A stretch of DNA of 64,000 nt, from contig QPGO01000125.1 in assembly GCA_008632985.1 (NCBI GenBank), positions 1-64,000 of the forward strand, given 5' to 3'. Shown piece after piece: positions 23,954 through 36,800 of the stretch. The position numbers and the translations under genes were made by a program. The notes beneath the pieces were generated by a model, which was not told where the DNA came from, did no database searches, and saw only the letters and a program-made list of their open reading frames with translations. Within the stretch, counting starts at the first letter, position 1; each line of letters starts with the position of its first letter. The DNA comes from Psammoneis japonica (lineage: Eukaryota).

Positions 23954-24800
23954 AAATTTTTTGTGCCGGCTGCCCAGCTGCTTGCAATTGCACGATGGCA
24001 CACTCAGTGCAACACATCTGGCTTTTTCACAAAAAAGGTGTGAGCTCCCAAAATGTCAGACCTCAGACCCACCTAAAACCTGCTTGTTGGGCCACAACTC
24101 TGGCAGCTTGCTGCAAGGGCTCACAAGAGTCTTTGCCAGAGTGCTGCACAAGCTGTGAACAATGGGTGCAGCAGCAGTGCATGGCAACAAGTTTTCAAAA
24201 CAAACTTGATGGCACAAACTCTGCCACTTTGTTGTGCACAGATGCTGGTCACTTTGAACACATGCTGAAAGCAAATGCTCTTGTGCACAGCTGACAGACC
24301 AACAGCTGCTGGGCGGAAACCCCAAAGGGAAAAGAGTCGTTTTTTGGAGGCAATGAAAGCTTGTCAAAAATCATGACAAAATCATCCCAACTGCAACAAC
24401 AAATGTTTTTGCGCATTGTTGCAGATGGCAATTCATTGCCATGTTTCAGCTGGTGCTGGTGTGACAAGCATCACCCTGAGCCTTGCCCCGCCCACAGCCA
24501 AATCTGCTTGTTGTGCTCCACTCTCCGCAGCTTTTTTTTTTGTGCATTTTGCAAACCCAAGTTTTTGCCATTTGGCCCACCCAACATTGCAAGTTCATCA
24601 CATCAAAAGCCCAATGCACGCCTCCATAAAATCCAGCACACTTCTTTCCTTGTGGCGCATTGTGGTGACCCATTCATGAGTCGAGGCCCCTCATGTGGAC
24701 AGTAAATCCTTGTTGGGAAATTGCCTCCATTTCTCGCCACTAAAGGAGATACAATCAAATCTGATATTCAGATCTGAGAGGCTCATTTGCTATCACTATC
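23954..24800 (-). pseudogene. 5' part of a decayed host gene, probably the insertion target of the Gypsy element
   Basis: Paralogous to ~14100-14810, has stops and frameshifts, and straddles the TpA-poor/TpA-normal border. Confidence 0.45.
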
Positions 24801-25385
24801 GCCAAAAATTAAATAAAACGGTGATGTTACTCTGCATAGGGTATTATGCAATGAGCATTGAAAATGATGTTAATATTTATAAATTTATATTTTTAAAAAT
24901 ATCTATGAGCACCTAATGCTGGAGTACGAATTAATGTTGAATATGGTCATAAATATGAAATTCAAAAAACAAACAAACAAGATTTCAAAAAATTGATCAA
25001 GCTTCGGACGCGTAGAAATCAATTTTTAATTTTTTGGCGGGAATGTCGAACGAGTTGTCACAAATGCCAACACATTTTGGAAGAACAAGACCCACACTGC
25101 AGTTCCCGGCTGTGCTGTTATGTGGAAAGACATGTGAGACCGATCCATTTAACAGAGGCAAGACTCAGCGAATGAGCTCCCGGAAAAGCTGAACAGTTTG
25201 TTATGTAGCGATGCCGATGCTTTATGAAACTACAAGACCCAGCGATTCTAGACCCGGCAATTCAATTCGTGGGTGTATCTTTCAGCATGATGTGATGTAT
25301 CTATGTAGCACAGAGTGTGAAATGTTGACACTTTTTTCGACATGCGAATCATAGTCGAGGTGACACTCAGCAAAAGTGCAGAAAG

Positions 25386-28300
25386 ATGAAGCTCTTTCAA
25401 CATGGCATTATTTACTTGGCGCTCGCTGGTAAGCAGCATGGTGTAAACTCCAACGAAGTGCAGTGGATAAGACGCGAGTTGAATGCTCGGTCGATAGCAT
25501 CAGCTTCTCAAGCAATCCCAGAAGAAGTTAGCAAAGCAGCTGTTGGCTATGAAGGATTCTTGCGAAGACCTGTTGTAGGTCGAGAATTGGCGACTCCTGT
25601 TCCTCCTTCGCCACGACCTCCTTCGCCGAGGCCGCCATCGCCGCAACCACCATCTCCCCGCCCCCCTACGCCACCTCCTTCTCAGGAGGCGATAGCAGTT
25701 TGTGAAGTAACGGTACGTACAACATGAAAAACGTGAGCTTCGCTGGTACGGGAAAAGCCCTAATAATGTGGACAATCTTTTCGTTTAGGTGGACATTGAT
25801 TGCACTAGCGCAGAAGACAAGTCTGTACCATGTGATGATATCCCGCAGCCTCAGGGAGTGTGTTCGGATGGGGAACCCTTCAGGTCGCTTATGTTCGTGT
25901 ACGGACCGCGAAACTGCGACCAAAGCGTAAATGCCCAAGGAAGCGACTTTGTTTGTGAAGATACACCCGGTCCACCCCTCAATAGGGTGAAACTTCTTTG
26001 CGAGTCTAGTGATGGCTTGACGGATTACTTTGACAAGACAGTAGCGCCAGGTGACCTTGTTACTATCTCACCACCACCAGGCAGTGTTGTGTCGGACAGA
26101 CTTAACTGCACCATTGCCAACATGGATCGAAACCCTTTTCAAAAGCTATCGTTGGAAACATCTGGGGATGCTCCCCTTCACCTGAACAATATCTTCGGTA
26201 GCTTGGTCCTCAAGGCATGTCAGGCGGAGGATCAAGAAACGGATAACTCCTGTCTTGCTGAGATCGAGAATGACATAACGATCACAAACATTGGTGAAGA
26301 CAATTTCACCATCACCAAGGTGGATCAGTCGATCAATGGGGGGAGTCCACAAGACATTACAGATCTTGTCCCTGATAAGGAGCTTGCTCCGAACGAAACC
26401 ACGTCTTTCAGCGAAACAGGAACGATTGACTTGTGCGTCGATATGGTATATACGACAGAAGTGACTGTCGAGGCGGTTCCTGAGCCGATCGGAGATTTGT
26501 GTACAGGAAGAGATGAGGTGAGTACGGAGAGTATCGTACGAAAACAAATATGTAAAATGGATTTACAATTTCTAAATTCTTGTCTTATGTTACTCTTTCG
26601 TGAAAAAGATCGAATACGATACGAACAGTTTGCCGACACCATCTCCGACTGTACTACCAACGCCGCCTCCAACGTTGGCGACGCCTTCTCCGACACCTCC
26701 TCCAACTCCACCCCCGACTCCTCCGCCTACATTGCAGCCAACTCTGCCTCCTTCCCTGCCCCCGACGCCACTGCCAACACCACCCCCTTCTATTCAAACG
26801 ATAGCAGTTTGTGAAGTAACGGTACGTACAATATGAGATATTATTGATCTCGCTAGTACAGAAAAAACATGTTTTCTTAATTTTTGCCGTTGAAATCAAT
26901 ACTGTGCGTTTGCTTTCGTTTCTGTAGGTGGGCATAAATTGCACAAGCGCCGAAGACAAGTCAGTTCCGTGTGGTGATATCCCGCAGCCTCAGGGAGTAT
27001 GCTCAGATGGTGAACCCTTCACGTCGCTTTCGTTCTTGTACGTACCACGAAATTGCGATCAAAGCGCACATGCCCAAGGAAGCGGCTTTGTTTGCGAAGA
27101 TACGCCCGGTCCACCCGCCAGCAGCGTGCTCCTTAATTGTGCGTCTAGTGATGGTATGACGGAGTACTTTAACAAGACAGTGGCGCCAGGTGACCTTGTT
27201 ACGATCTCTCAATCATCAGGCAGTGTTGTGTCAGACAGACTTAACTGCACTGTTTCCAACGTGAATCGCGAGCCATTTCAAAAACTATCGTTGGAGACGT
27301 CCGGAGATGCCCCCCTTCATCTGAACGACATCTTTGGTAGCTTGGTCCTCAAGGCATGTCAGGCGGAGGATCAAGACACGGATAACTCCTGTCTTGCTGA
27401 GATCGAGAATGGCATAACTATCACAAACATTGGTGAAGACAATTTCACCATCACCAAGGTGGATCAGTCGATCAACGGGGGAAGTCCACAAGACATTACT
27501 GACCTTGTCCCTGATAAGGAGCTTGCCCCGAACGAAACCACGTCTTTCAGCGAAACCGGAACGATTGACGTGTGCGTCGACATGGTATATACGACAGAAG
27601 TGACTGTCGAGGCGGTTCCTGAGCCGGTTGGAGATTTGTGTACAGGAAGAGATCAGGTGAGCGTATGGTGTCATCATGATTTTCAAAGGGAAGCCAAAAA
27701 GAAATCGAACATTCTAAATTCCTGCCTGCTGCTACTCTATTGATGAAGTTCGAGTTTGATACGAACAATTTGCCGACCCCACCTCCGTCTCCAAGTCCTA
27801 CACCGCTTCCTACGCCACCGCCCACCTCTCTCCCTACGCCGCCTCCGACTCCAGGACCCACCCCTCCACCCTCCCCTGCCCCAACTCTTCCACCGACGAT
27901 GCAACCAACCCTGCCTCCTTCGCTGCCTCCAAGTCAGGGTCCTACAACACCACCTACTCCAGGTCCTACGATGCCTCCTTCGCCACCTCCATCTCCCGGA
28001 CCTACGAAGACTCCCACACCACCGCCGTCGAAGCAGCCGACCCCTCCACCCACATTTCCGCCCACACCGTTCCCGACACAAACCACGGCTACTGCGTCGC
28101 CAACCCCACCTCCGTCTCCAAGTCCTACACCGCTTCCCACACCGCCGCCCACCCCTCCTCCTACGCCGCCTCCGACTCCAGGACCCACTCAGGATCCTAC
28201 ACCACCGCCTACTCCAGGTCCTACGATGCCTCCCTCGCTACCTCCATCGCCCGGACCTACGAAGACTCCCACAAGAGCGCCCTCGAAGCAGCCAACTCCC

Positions 28301-29921
28301 CCACCCACATTTCCACCCACACCACCACCTACGCCTCCGCCCACACCGTTCCCGACACAAACGACGGCTACTGCGTCGCCAACCCCACCTCCGTCTCCAA
28401 ATCCTACACCGCTTCCTACACCTCCGCCCTCCCTCTCCCTACGCCGCCTCCGACTCCAGGACCCACTACACCACCGCCTACTCCAGGTCCCACGATGCCT
28501 CCTTCGCCACCTCCATCACCCGGACCTACGAAGACTCCCACACCACCGCCCACGAAGCAGCCAACTCCCCCGCCAACATTTCCACCCACACCACCACCGA
28601 CGCCTCCGCCCACACCGTTCCCGACACAAACGACGGCTACTGCATCGCCAACCCCACCTCCGTCTCCAAATCCTACGCCGCTTCCTACGCCGCCGCCCAC
28701 CCCTCTCCCTACGCCGCCTCCGACTCCAGGACCTACTCCATCGCCGACAAAAATTCCAACCCAGAAGCCCACGCCGGTGCCTACGGCATCTCCGACTTCA
28801 AGTCCCACGCCTCCACCGACCCCTGCTCCAACTTCAAGCCCAACTGCTTCACCGACAAAAGTTCCAACTCCATCACCGACAAAAGTACCAACCCTGAAGC
28901 CCACGCCGGTCCCGACGCAAACAACGGCTACCGCGTTGCCTACTTTACCTCCGTCTCCAAACCCAACGCCAGTTCCTACTCCGTCTCCTACACCCGAGCC
29001 AACGCCGGAGCCAACACCTGTTCCTACTCCGGCTCCTACACCCGAGCCAACGCCGGAGCCAACACCTGTTCCTACCCCGGCTCCTACACCCGAGCCAACG
29101 CCGGAGCCAACGCCTGCTCCCTCGACCGTAAGCCGACACCAAGACCCTCACAGAGCGCTGAATCACCACCGCCTACTCCGAGACCAAAGCCTAGTCCCCC
29201 TTGTCCACCAAAACCGCCTAAACCTAGTCCCAAGCCGCCACCGCCCAAGCCCCCTCCTCCGCCTCCACCTTCTCCGTCTCCCATGCCGCCACCGCCCAAG
29301 CCCCCTCCTCCGCCTCCACCTTCTCCGTCTCCCAAGCCGCCACCACCCAAGCCTCCTCCTCCTCCTCCACCTTCTCCGTCTCCCAAGCCGCCGCCGCCCA
29401 AGCCTCCTCCTCCTCCTCCCCCACCTTCTCCGTCTCCCAAGCCGCCGCCCCCTCCAGCCAAAGGCAAAGGAGCATCACCGAGTCCAAGGCCACCGCCACC
29501 GAAGCCTCCACCGCCGAGGCCTCCGCCACCCCGTCCAGCCAAAGGAGCATCACCGAGTCCAAGGCCGCCACCACCGAAGCCCCCACCGCCGAGGCCGCCG
29601 CCACCCCGTCCAGCCAAAGGAGCATCGCCGAGTCCTGCACCGCCTCGTCCATCTCCTCGTTCCGCCAAAGGCAAAGGAAGGGGTTCATCTTCCAGTCGTT
29701 CATCTCCTTCCTCAAGAGGAAGAAAGAGCGGCCGCAGCAGGTCAAGCAGTCGAGGCAAAAAGAGACGCAGTCGGTCAAGCCGTAATGGCAAGAAAGGCAG
29801 CAGTAGAAGTCGTTCACGCGGCAAGAGGTCAAGCCGCAGCAGGGGCAAGAAAGGCAGTAGTAAAAGTCGGTCACGTGGCAAGAGGTCACGCAGCGGTGGC
29901 AAGAAAGGATCTAGTCGTTGA
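25386..29921 (+). CDS. Secreted Pro/Thr-rich protein with two ~240-aa Cys-containing domains, PTP/PKP repeats and an Arg/Lys/Ser-rich C-terminal tail
   Basis: Signal-like [20 protein letters not shown]. Exons 25386-25428, 25498-25712, 25789-26517, 26609-26821, 26928-27656, 27749-29921 with GT-AG introns. Two apparent 1-bp deletions (~28430, ~29127). Confidence 0.8.
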
Positions 29922-30881
29922 GGCAAGAGACGTGGAGACTCGCGAATCATCGTGCAACGTGTTATTCGGAAACTCCAGCGAAGTATCACTGCACATTGGT
30001 ATACCTAAGCCAGCCAGCCAGCCAGCCAGCCAGATCGCCATACCAGCACACTCAAAAGCCACAATACATTCTACCTCTTTTGCAAGATTTGTATACAATC
30101 AAGAGCTCTCTCTGTTGGCAATGTAGTGACAGTGTTTGTCCTGCGCATACATTGCGAGAAAGCCTTGATCCAAGAGCTGCACATCAAGACGTCACGTCGT
30201 CGTGAGAGCGACGATAAAAGACACTGCCCAATGCATGGTTGCATGATTCATGATTGATTTACTTTCTTTGATAATGCATAGTCTGAAGAATCAATAGTCT
30301 TTTCATCGCAGCAATAGCATCAGTAATTTCGCCAAAGTGCGCATTGACGAAAACGCCGTTAGTACTAGATGAGCGTAACAAAAGGGGAGCCTTGCTGGCA
30401 CTTTGGGAACAATGGATATTTTCAAAAAGGCTCTGTGTACAAGCATTGTCTCTCTTGCTGCCCCATTCTTGTTCATGGTTCTGCAGAAATCGCCAAAGTT
30501 GAAAAGTGAGCTCCGCGTCGTCGGAGTTGAAAGTGGCGGCAAATCTCATGACCGTTGAAACGCAGAGCATTCGCACACTATCAAAAGTGTGAGACGAAAA
30601 TTTCAAAACATATATGAAATTTAATAAAATATATATATTATATAACCCTCATTCATTATAACATTCCATTTCGCAAAGCTTGGTACGTTTTGTACGAAGC
30701 TTTTACATTTGTACCAAATCTTTAAGTATGTAGAAATATACTGCAAGCTACGTGGTTCGTGGCCTTCCCGAGATCTTCAGCAAAGCATCGCACCGCAAAC
30801 ACGTTGGGCATAAAAATGACACACGAGGCAATCGTGCGTTCGAAACGACGCCGTTGCCGCTTCAAAGGCAGAGCAAAAGCC

Positions 30882-33800
30882 ATGAGAATGCGTGGTGGTC
30901 TAGCACTTGCTGCTAGTCTCTTGTTGGCAAGCAGTGGAGGAGTGGTGTATGCTGCCGACGAAGGCCGCGACGACACGTCCGCTTTGAAACCGGTTGAGAT
31001 TTTGTTTCGCTTCTATGACGAGACATTGGGATTTCGCTGGACGAATCGCACCAACTGGGCCAATGGCGATGACGTGTGTGAGTGGTATGGAATCGAGTGT
31101 TATGGAGACGACGATTCACCTCAGTTTCAGGGCACGTTCGCAGTATCGACCTGAGCGATAACCACCTGGTGGGAACGATCCCTCACGAGACGTTTGAGTT
31201 GCCCTATCTGAAGACTCTCATTTGCGAGACAATCCCGACCTGATGGTGCCTCTGACGAATGCGGAAAGCAGTGAATACCTGGAAAATCTGATTCTGAGCA
31301 ACACGGCTGTTCGAGATTTGACCGGAATTAAGAACTTACGCGGGTCGCTTCAGCAGCTTCACCTCACGAACCTTCAACTCACGGGTAAGCTGCACCCGGA
31401 GGTTCTACAGCTTACGAGCTTGAGGGGACTCTTCGCGAACTACAATGGCTTAACGGGAGAAATTCCACCAGAGATTGGAGATTTGACGCACTTAAGGAAT
31501 CTCTATCTCTTTGAGAATGATTTTTCGGGTCAAGTGCCTACCGAGATTGGCATGCTTTCAAAGTTGCAGGTCCTGACCTTGGCTAGCAATTCCTTTTCGG
31601 GAACCATGCCGGAGGAGTTGAATATCCTGACTGATCTCAACATTTTGTCTATTGCGCGTAAAGAAGGCAGGGGCAAAGGTATCGGCGGGAAGCTTCCGGC
31701 TCTGGATCAACTATCCAACCTCAACGAGCTATACATGGATCAGCAAGTGATGACTGGAGAAATCCCTCAAGACTTTCTAGCCAGCGCACCAAAGGATCAG
31801 GTGGTTACGGTGGACTTGACTAACAACTTCTTGAAAGGAACCGTTCCCGCTGGTTTGACGGAAATGTCGCGCCTCGCGCTCTATCTGGCAGACAATCTCA
31901 TTTCCGACCTTCCACAGAGTTTTGTGATGCCATTCGCCGAACCAAATGGATGGGCGGTGATGTGGAATCCTACGGCTGCGACGCATTCTTGTGTCCCGCT
32001 CAAACCTTTGCCGAAAGTGGACGCAAGACCGGGGATGATGTGGAGTGCCAAGCGTGCGCCGATAATCCGACCGACGTGTTTGGAAGGACCACGTGCGACG
32101 CTTCGCAAGGAGAAGACGGCGGTCCGCCCCTGTTGGGTCAACGGGACGTTTTGGTCAAACTCTACAACTCCATGGGAGGTCAGTACTGGACGGACGACAG
32201 GGATTGGCTCAGTGAAGACACGGGAGAGTGTGGTTGGCACGGAATACGGTGTGACGGCGATGACAAGGTGACCACGATTACCCTGAGTAACAATGGTCTC
32301 ACCGGAACGCCCCCCAAGGAATTGTGGGCATCACTGACGGAGTTGACCAAGATGGATCTGTCCTCTAATGCTCTCGAGTTTGAGTTTGAAGGCATTGGAG
32401 GCGCGACCAAGTTGGAGTTTCTGGACTTGACCAACACCGAGACTTCCTCGTTTGAGGCTATCGAGGAGATTGCAAGCACGTCTATTTTTGACTTGAGGCT
32501 CTCTTCAAACCCGTTTGCCCAGAAGATTCCGCAAGGTTTGTTTGAAGCCACCACCCTTACAGAGTTGTACCTGTCACACACCCAGTTGACTGGCGAGCTT
32601 CCGCCGGAGATTGGCAAGTTGAACAAAATGCAAGTCTTTCATTCGTACGGAAACGAACACACTGACCAGATCCCTTCTGAAATTGGTTTGTTGACCGATT
32701 TGAGGGATCTGGTTCTTAGTGAGAACAAATTCGAAGGCACAATTCCCGACGAGATGAATCAATTAAAGTCGCTTGAAACGATATCTCTCCATCAAACTCA
32801 TTTTGAGGGCGGTATCGGCGGGGGGCTTCCTTCGTTCAAAGACCTCACGTTGTTGACGCAATTACACTTGGACGGAAATCGTATCAACGGAGACTTGCCG
32901 GATGACTTTTTAATCAATACAGCGAAATCTGACGAGCGAATTGAAGTTTTCTTGTCGGACAATCTCATTACGGGCGGCATTCCATCGGGTTGGGCGAATC
33001 GCTTTGACAAGCTCGTCCTTGACGTAACTGGAAATAGAATGGACGACTTGGGTGACTTCCCTTGCGCCCAAGTTGAGGGTTGGATGGATGGTGTCATTGC
33101 TTCCTTTCAAGCCGACGAGTGCGCTGCCATTGTGTGTCCAGTAGGAACCTACAACGAGTTCGGAAGACGCAAGGACGAATCCACGGAGTGTCGCTCGTGT
33201 GATGAACCCGGAGGAGCACAATATCTTGGCTCCAAGGACTGTAACGATAACGGCGAAGTCAATGAGGAGGTTGCCATTATTCGAGAGTTTTACTACTCCA
33301 CCGGAGGCTCAGATTGGAAGAACAATTCTGGGTGGACCACGGCCAGCAATCCATGCGATGATTGGTATGGCGTAGAATGTAACAGTGCCGGGCAAATTGT
33401 TCGCCTTGCACTATCTGAAAACGGCTTGAAAGGAACGCCCTCGTCTAAGGTTTTTGACTTGCCGGCGTTACAAGAATTGGACCTGGCAAGCAACGCCGAA
33501 TTACAATTTAGCTTTGATAATGTTGGTTCTGCGACAAAGTTAGAGGTTCTCTACCTCTCGGAGACTGCCATCTCGTCGCTTGAAGGTGTCGGTGATGCGA
33601 GAAGCTTGGTTACACTGCATCTAACTGGCAATGACATTGAGGGTCCCATTCCAGACGAATTGTTTCAGCTGACGAAGCTCAGACAGCTCTATATGAAGTA
33701 AGTTTCATTGCTTTACCTTGTTTGTGGTCGGTGCTGGGAAAGGTCTATTTGCGGCTTTCCAGTAGCTAACACCGTTCGGCGCATTGTATGTTTCCTGCAG

Positions 33801-36800
33801 CTACAATCGTTTCTCCGGCCGAGTTCCCGCAGACGTCGCGAGATTGACAAGCTTGGAAGAGCTCTACTTGCTGCACAACCGTAAGTCTATCACTATGATT
33901 TCCTTCCCCGCTCTGTATCCGTGTCTCATTTTTTTTTAATCATTAATGTCACCAGGTCTCGAGGGACAAATTCCTGCGTCAATAGGTGCCTTGAAAAGCT
34001 TGCGCATTTTGTCTTTGAGTGAAAACGATGTCACAGGTACTCTTCCGGCTGAAATCAACGATATGACAGCGTTGGAAATATTTGCAGTCCAGAGAGAAAC
34101 GTCAGAAGACGATTACGGTGATGGTGACCCTGCTGACCGCCCAGATGGAACCTCTCGTGGAGGCGTTGGACTTCGTGGTCCTCTCCCACCCTTGAACAAC
34201 CTCGAAAAGATCCAGAAGCTCTTTCTCGGTAACAACGGCCTCACAGGAACTATTCCTTTTGATTTCTTAAATGGCGTCTCCGATAAGACTGTTCCAATTG
34301 AAGTTGATCTCTCTCGAAATTCCTTGTCGGGTCCAGTTCCACCGTCACTGGTTCAATTTGATCAGATGTCGATATGGGTCGCAGGAAACCAGATTACTGG
34401 AATTGCTGACGGATTGTGTCTGAAAGAGGGGTGGATGAACGGAACCGTTGCGTACGTGTTGTATCTTTGTGCGTTACATAAAATGATTTGTAGGTTCCGG
34501 TTCTCACGCTCTTTGTCTTTTGTGTTCGCCTTTTGCTTGTAGCGATTTCGGCTGCGATGCGATCCTTTGTCCCAACAATACGTCGAATGAATTTGGTCGT
34601 CAGAAAGGCGGAGACTCTGCATGTAACCCGTGTGGTGCGGATTCCACCGCAAAATATTTTGGTAGCTTTCAGTGCGAAACGGGGGATACTCAGAGAGCCA
34701 ATGACGAGCGGGAGATTTTGACCGCCTTTTATAACGCGCTTGATGGGCAGAACTGGGGCGTCAACGATGGCTGGTTGGAACAAGACAACAGCATTTGTTT
34801 GTGGCACGGCATCACGTGTACCTCTGACCAAGACCACGTTGCTGATATTCATCTCGTTTCCAACTCTCTCAGCGGTCGGGTGCCTAAGGAAGTGTTTGAC
34901 TTGGTAGATTTGGATGTGCTGAATCTTGCTGGAAACGAGATTGAGTTTAGCTTTGACGGCGTTGGTAACAGTCAGCTTGGGTATCTAAACTTGGGCGGCA
35001 CAGGCCTTACAAATACGTCAGGAATTGAAGGTTTAGCTGGCAGTCTAAAGGTTCTTCACATTATCGACAATAATTTTGGCGACAAGTTTCCTGAAGGCCT
35101 TGAGCAGTTGACAGACTTGGAAGTTCTTTACCTTAGCGACAATGCTATCGGAGGAATCTTGCCAGATACAATGGGAGATCTCAGCAACTTGATTTATTTT
35201 CAATGCAGTGATTGCGGCCTCACCGGTGTTGCACCATCATGGTTTTCATCTTTGAACAACCTTGAAAACCTTGTATTGTCACAGAACGCATTCACTGGAC
35301 CCTTCCCGGAGTCGCTGAAGAGTTTGGTGAAGTTGAGGCATCTGGATCTGTCCGATCAGCGACGACAAGGCGGGGGGTTGACAGGAGAACTGTTTGATTT
35401 TTCGCAGTTTACCCTTCTCACGGAGTTGATGCTCGGCAAGAATCATTTTGAAGGGCAAATTCCTGACACTTTCATGGAAGACGCGTCAATCGAAGACGTT
35501 GTCACTGTGGATCTTCGCTCCAATGACTTAAATGGCTCTGTGCCTGTCGGATTGACGCGTTTTCCCAATCTCAACATTGACCTTGCGGATAATCAGATCT
35601 CGGACGTCCCCGCTGACATTTGCAACATGTCTTCGTGGAACGACGGTCAGTTATTAAGTGGAGTCTTGAGTGGAAGCTGCGACTTCATTCTATGTCCTGT
35701 TGGGTATTACAGTGACGCAGGAAGAGCCAAACCAGACCGACCCTGTGAAGAATGCGCACAGCAGAATACTGCATTGTACTATGGAAGCACGACATGCGAA
35801 GAGAATGACGAAAAGACTGTTCTGATCGAATTCTTCACTAGTACAAACGGTGGAGACTGGACCGACAACGAGGGGTGGCTTCTGAATTCCGATATGTGTA
35901 CTTGGTATGGCGTTGTGTGTTATGACAGTGGCGAGAACGAGGGAAAAGTCCAGAAACTGGAGCTCGCGGATAATAATTTAAAAGGAGAAGTTCCGAGCAT
36001 AATCTGGGATCTTGAATATATGACGTGGCTGGAGGTCAGGAAGAACAACATAACCATTGAGTCCTTTGCCCGTATTGGCGACGCAGCAGCCTTACAGACT
36101 CTTTATCTCTCAGAAACCCTTGTGTCGTCCATCGAGGGTCTTCAGGCAGCTACGTCTTTAGAGACTCTTCATTTGACGAGCACTCTGCTCGAAGGGCCGA
36201 TACCTTCATCATTTTACGAGATGGATTCTTTGCGAAGTGTCTATTTAAACTACAACAAGCTCAATGGTGAACTATCATCGAATATTGGAAAACTCTCGAA
36301 TTTGAAAGATCTTTATCTATTTCGTAACGGTACGTGCGCATTTGTTTTGCAATGCTGACTAATTGCATACGGCTATTGAACCTTAATTTTCTCTTTGCTA
36401 CGGTGAACCTGACGCGAACGAACAACAGAATTAACGGGGACGATTCCTTCGGAAATAGGGAAGCTTCAAGAGATCGAGGTTCTAGCCCTTGGAGAAAACA
36501 AATTTCGAGGTGATCTGCCTGTAGAGATGAATTCTCTAACAAATCTGCAGATTCTATCGTTGCAGCAGGAGGCAGGAAGCTCGCCGACGGGAGGTGGTGG
36601 TGTGGGAGAGTCCCCTGGAGCTGGAATGACCGGGAAGGTTCTGAGTTTCGACAAGGCCCCCAACTTGACTGAGTTGTATCTGGGTGCAAATAGGTAACAT
36701 CGTTTGTCGGCTATCCTATCCACTCTTGACGCCATATCTCACTCCGTCATTTTTCTTTCGCTTTATCAGCTTCACTGGTTCTATTCCTTCGACCCTCTTG

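Noticed and set aside
28416..29989. Gly-rich minus-strand ORFs
   Set aside because: Antisense shadows of the Pro-rich coding repeats.
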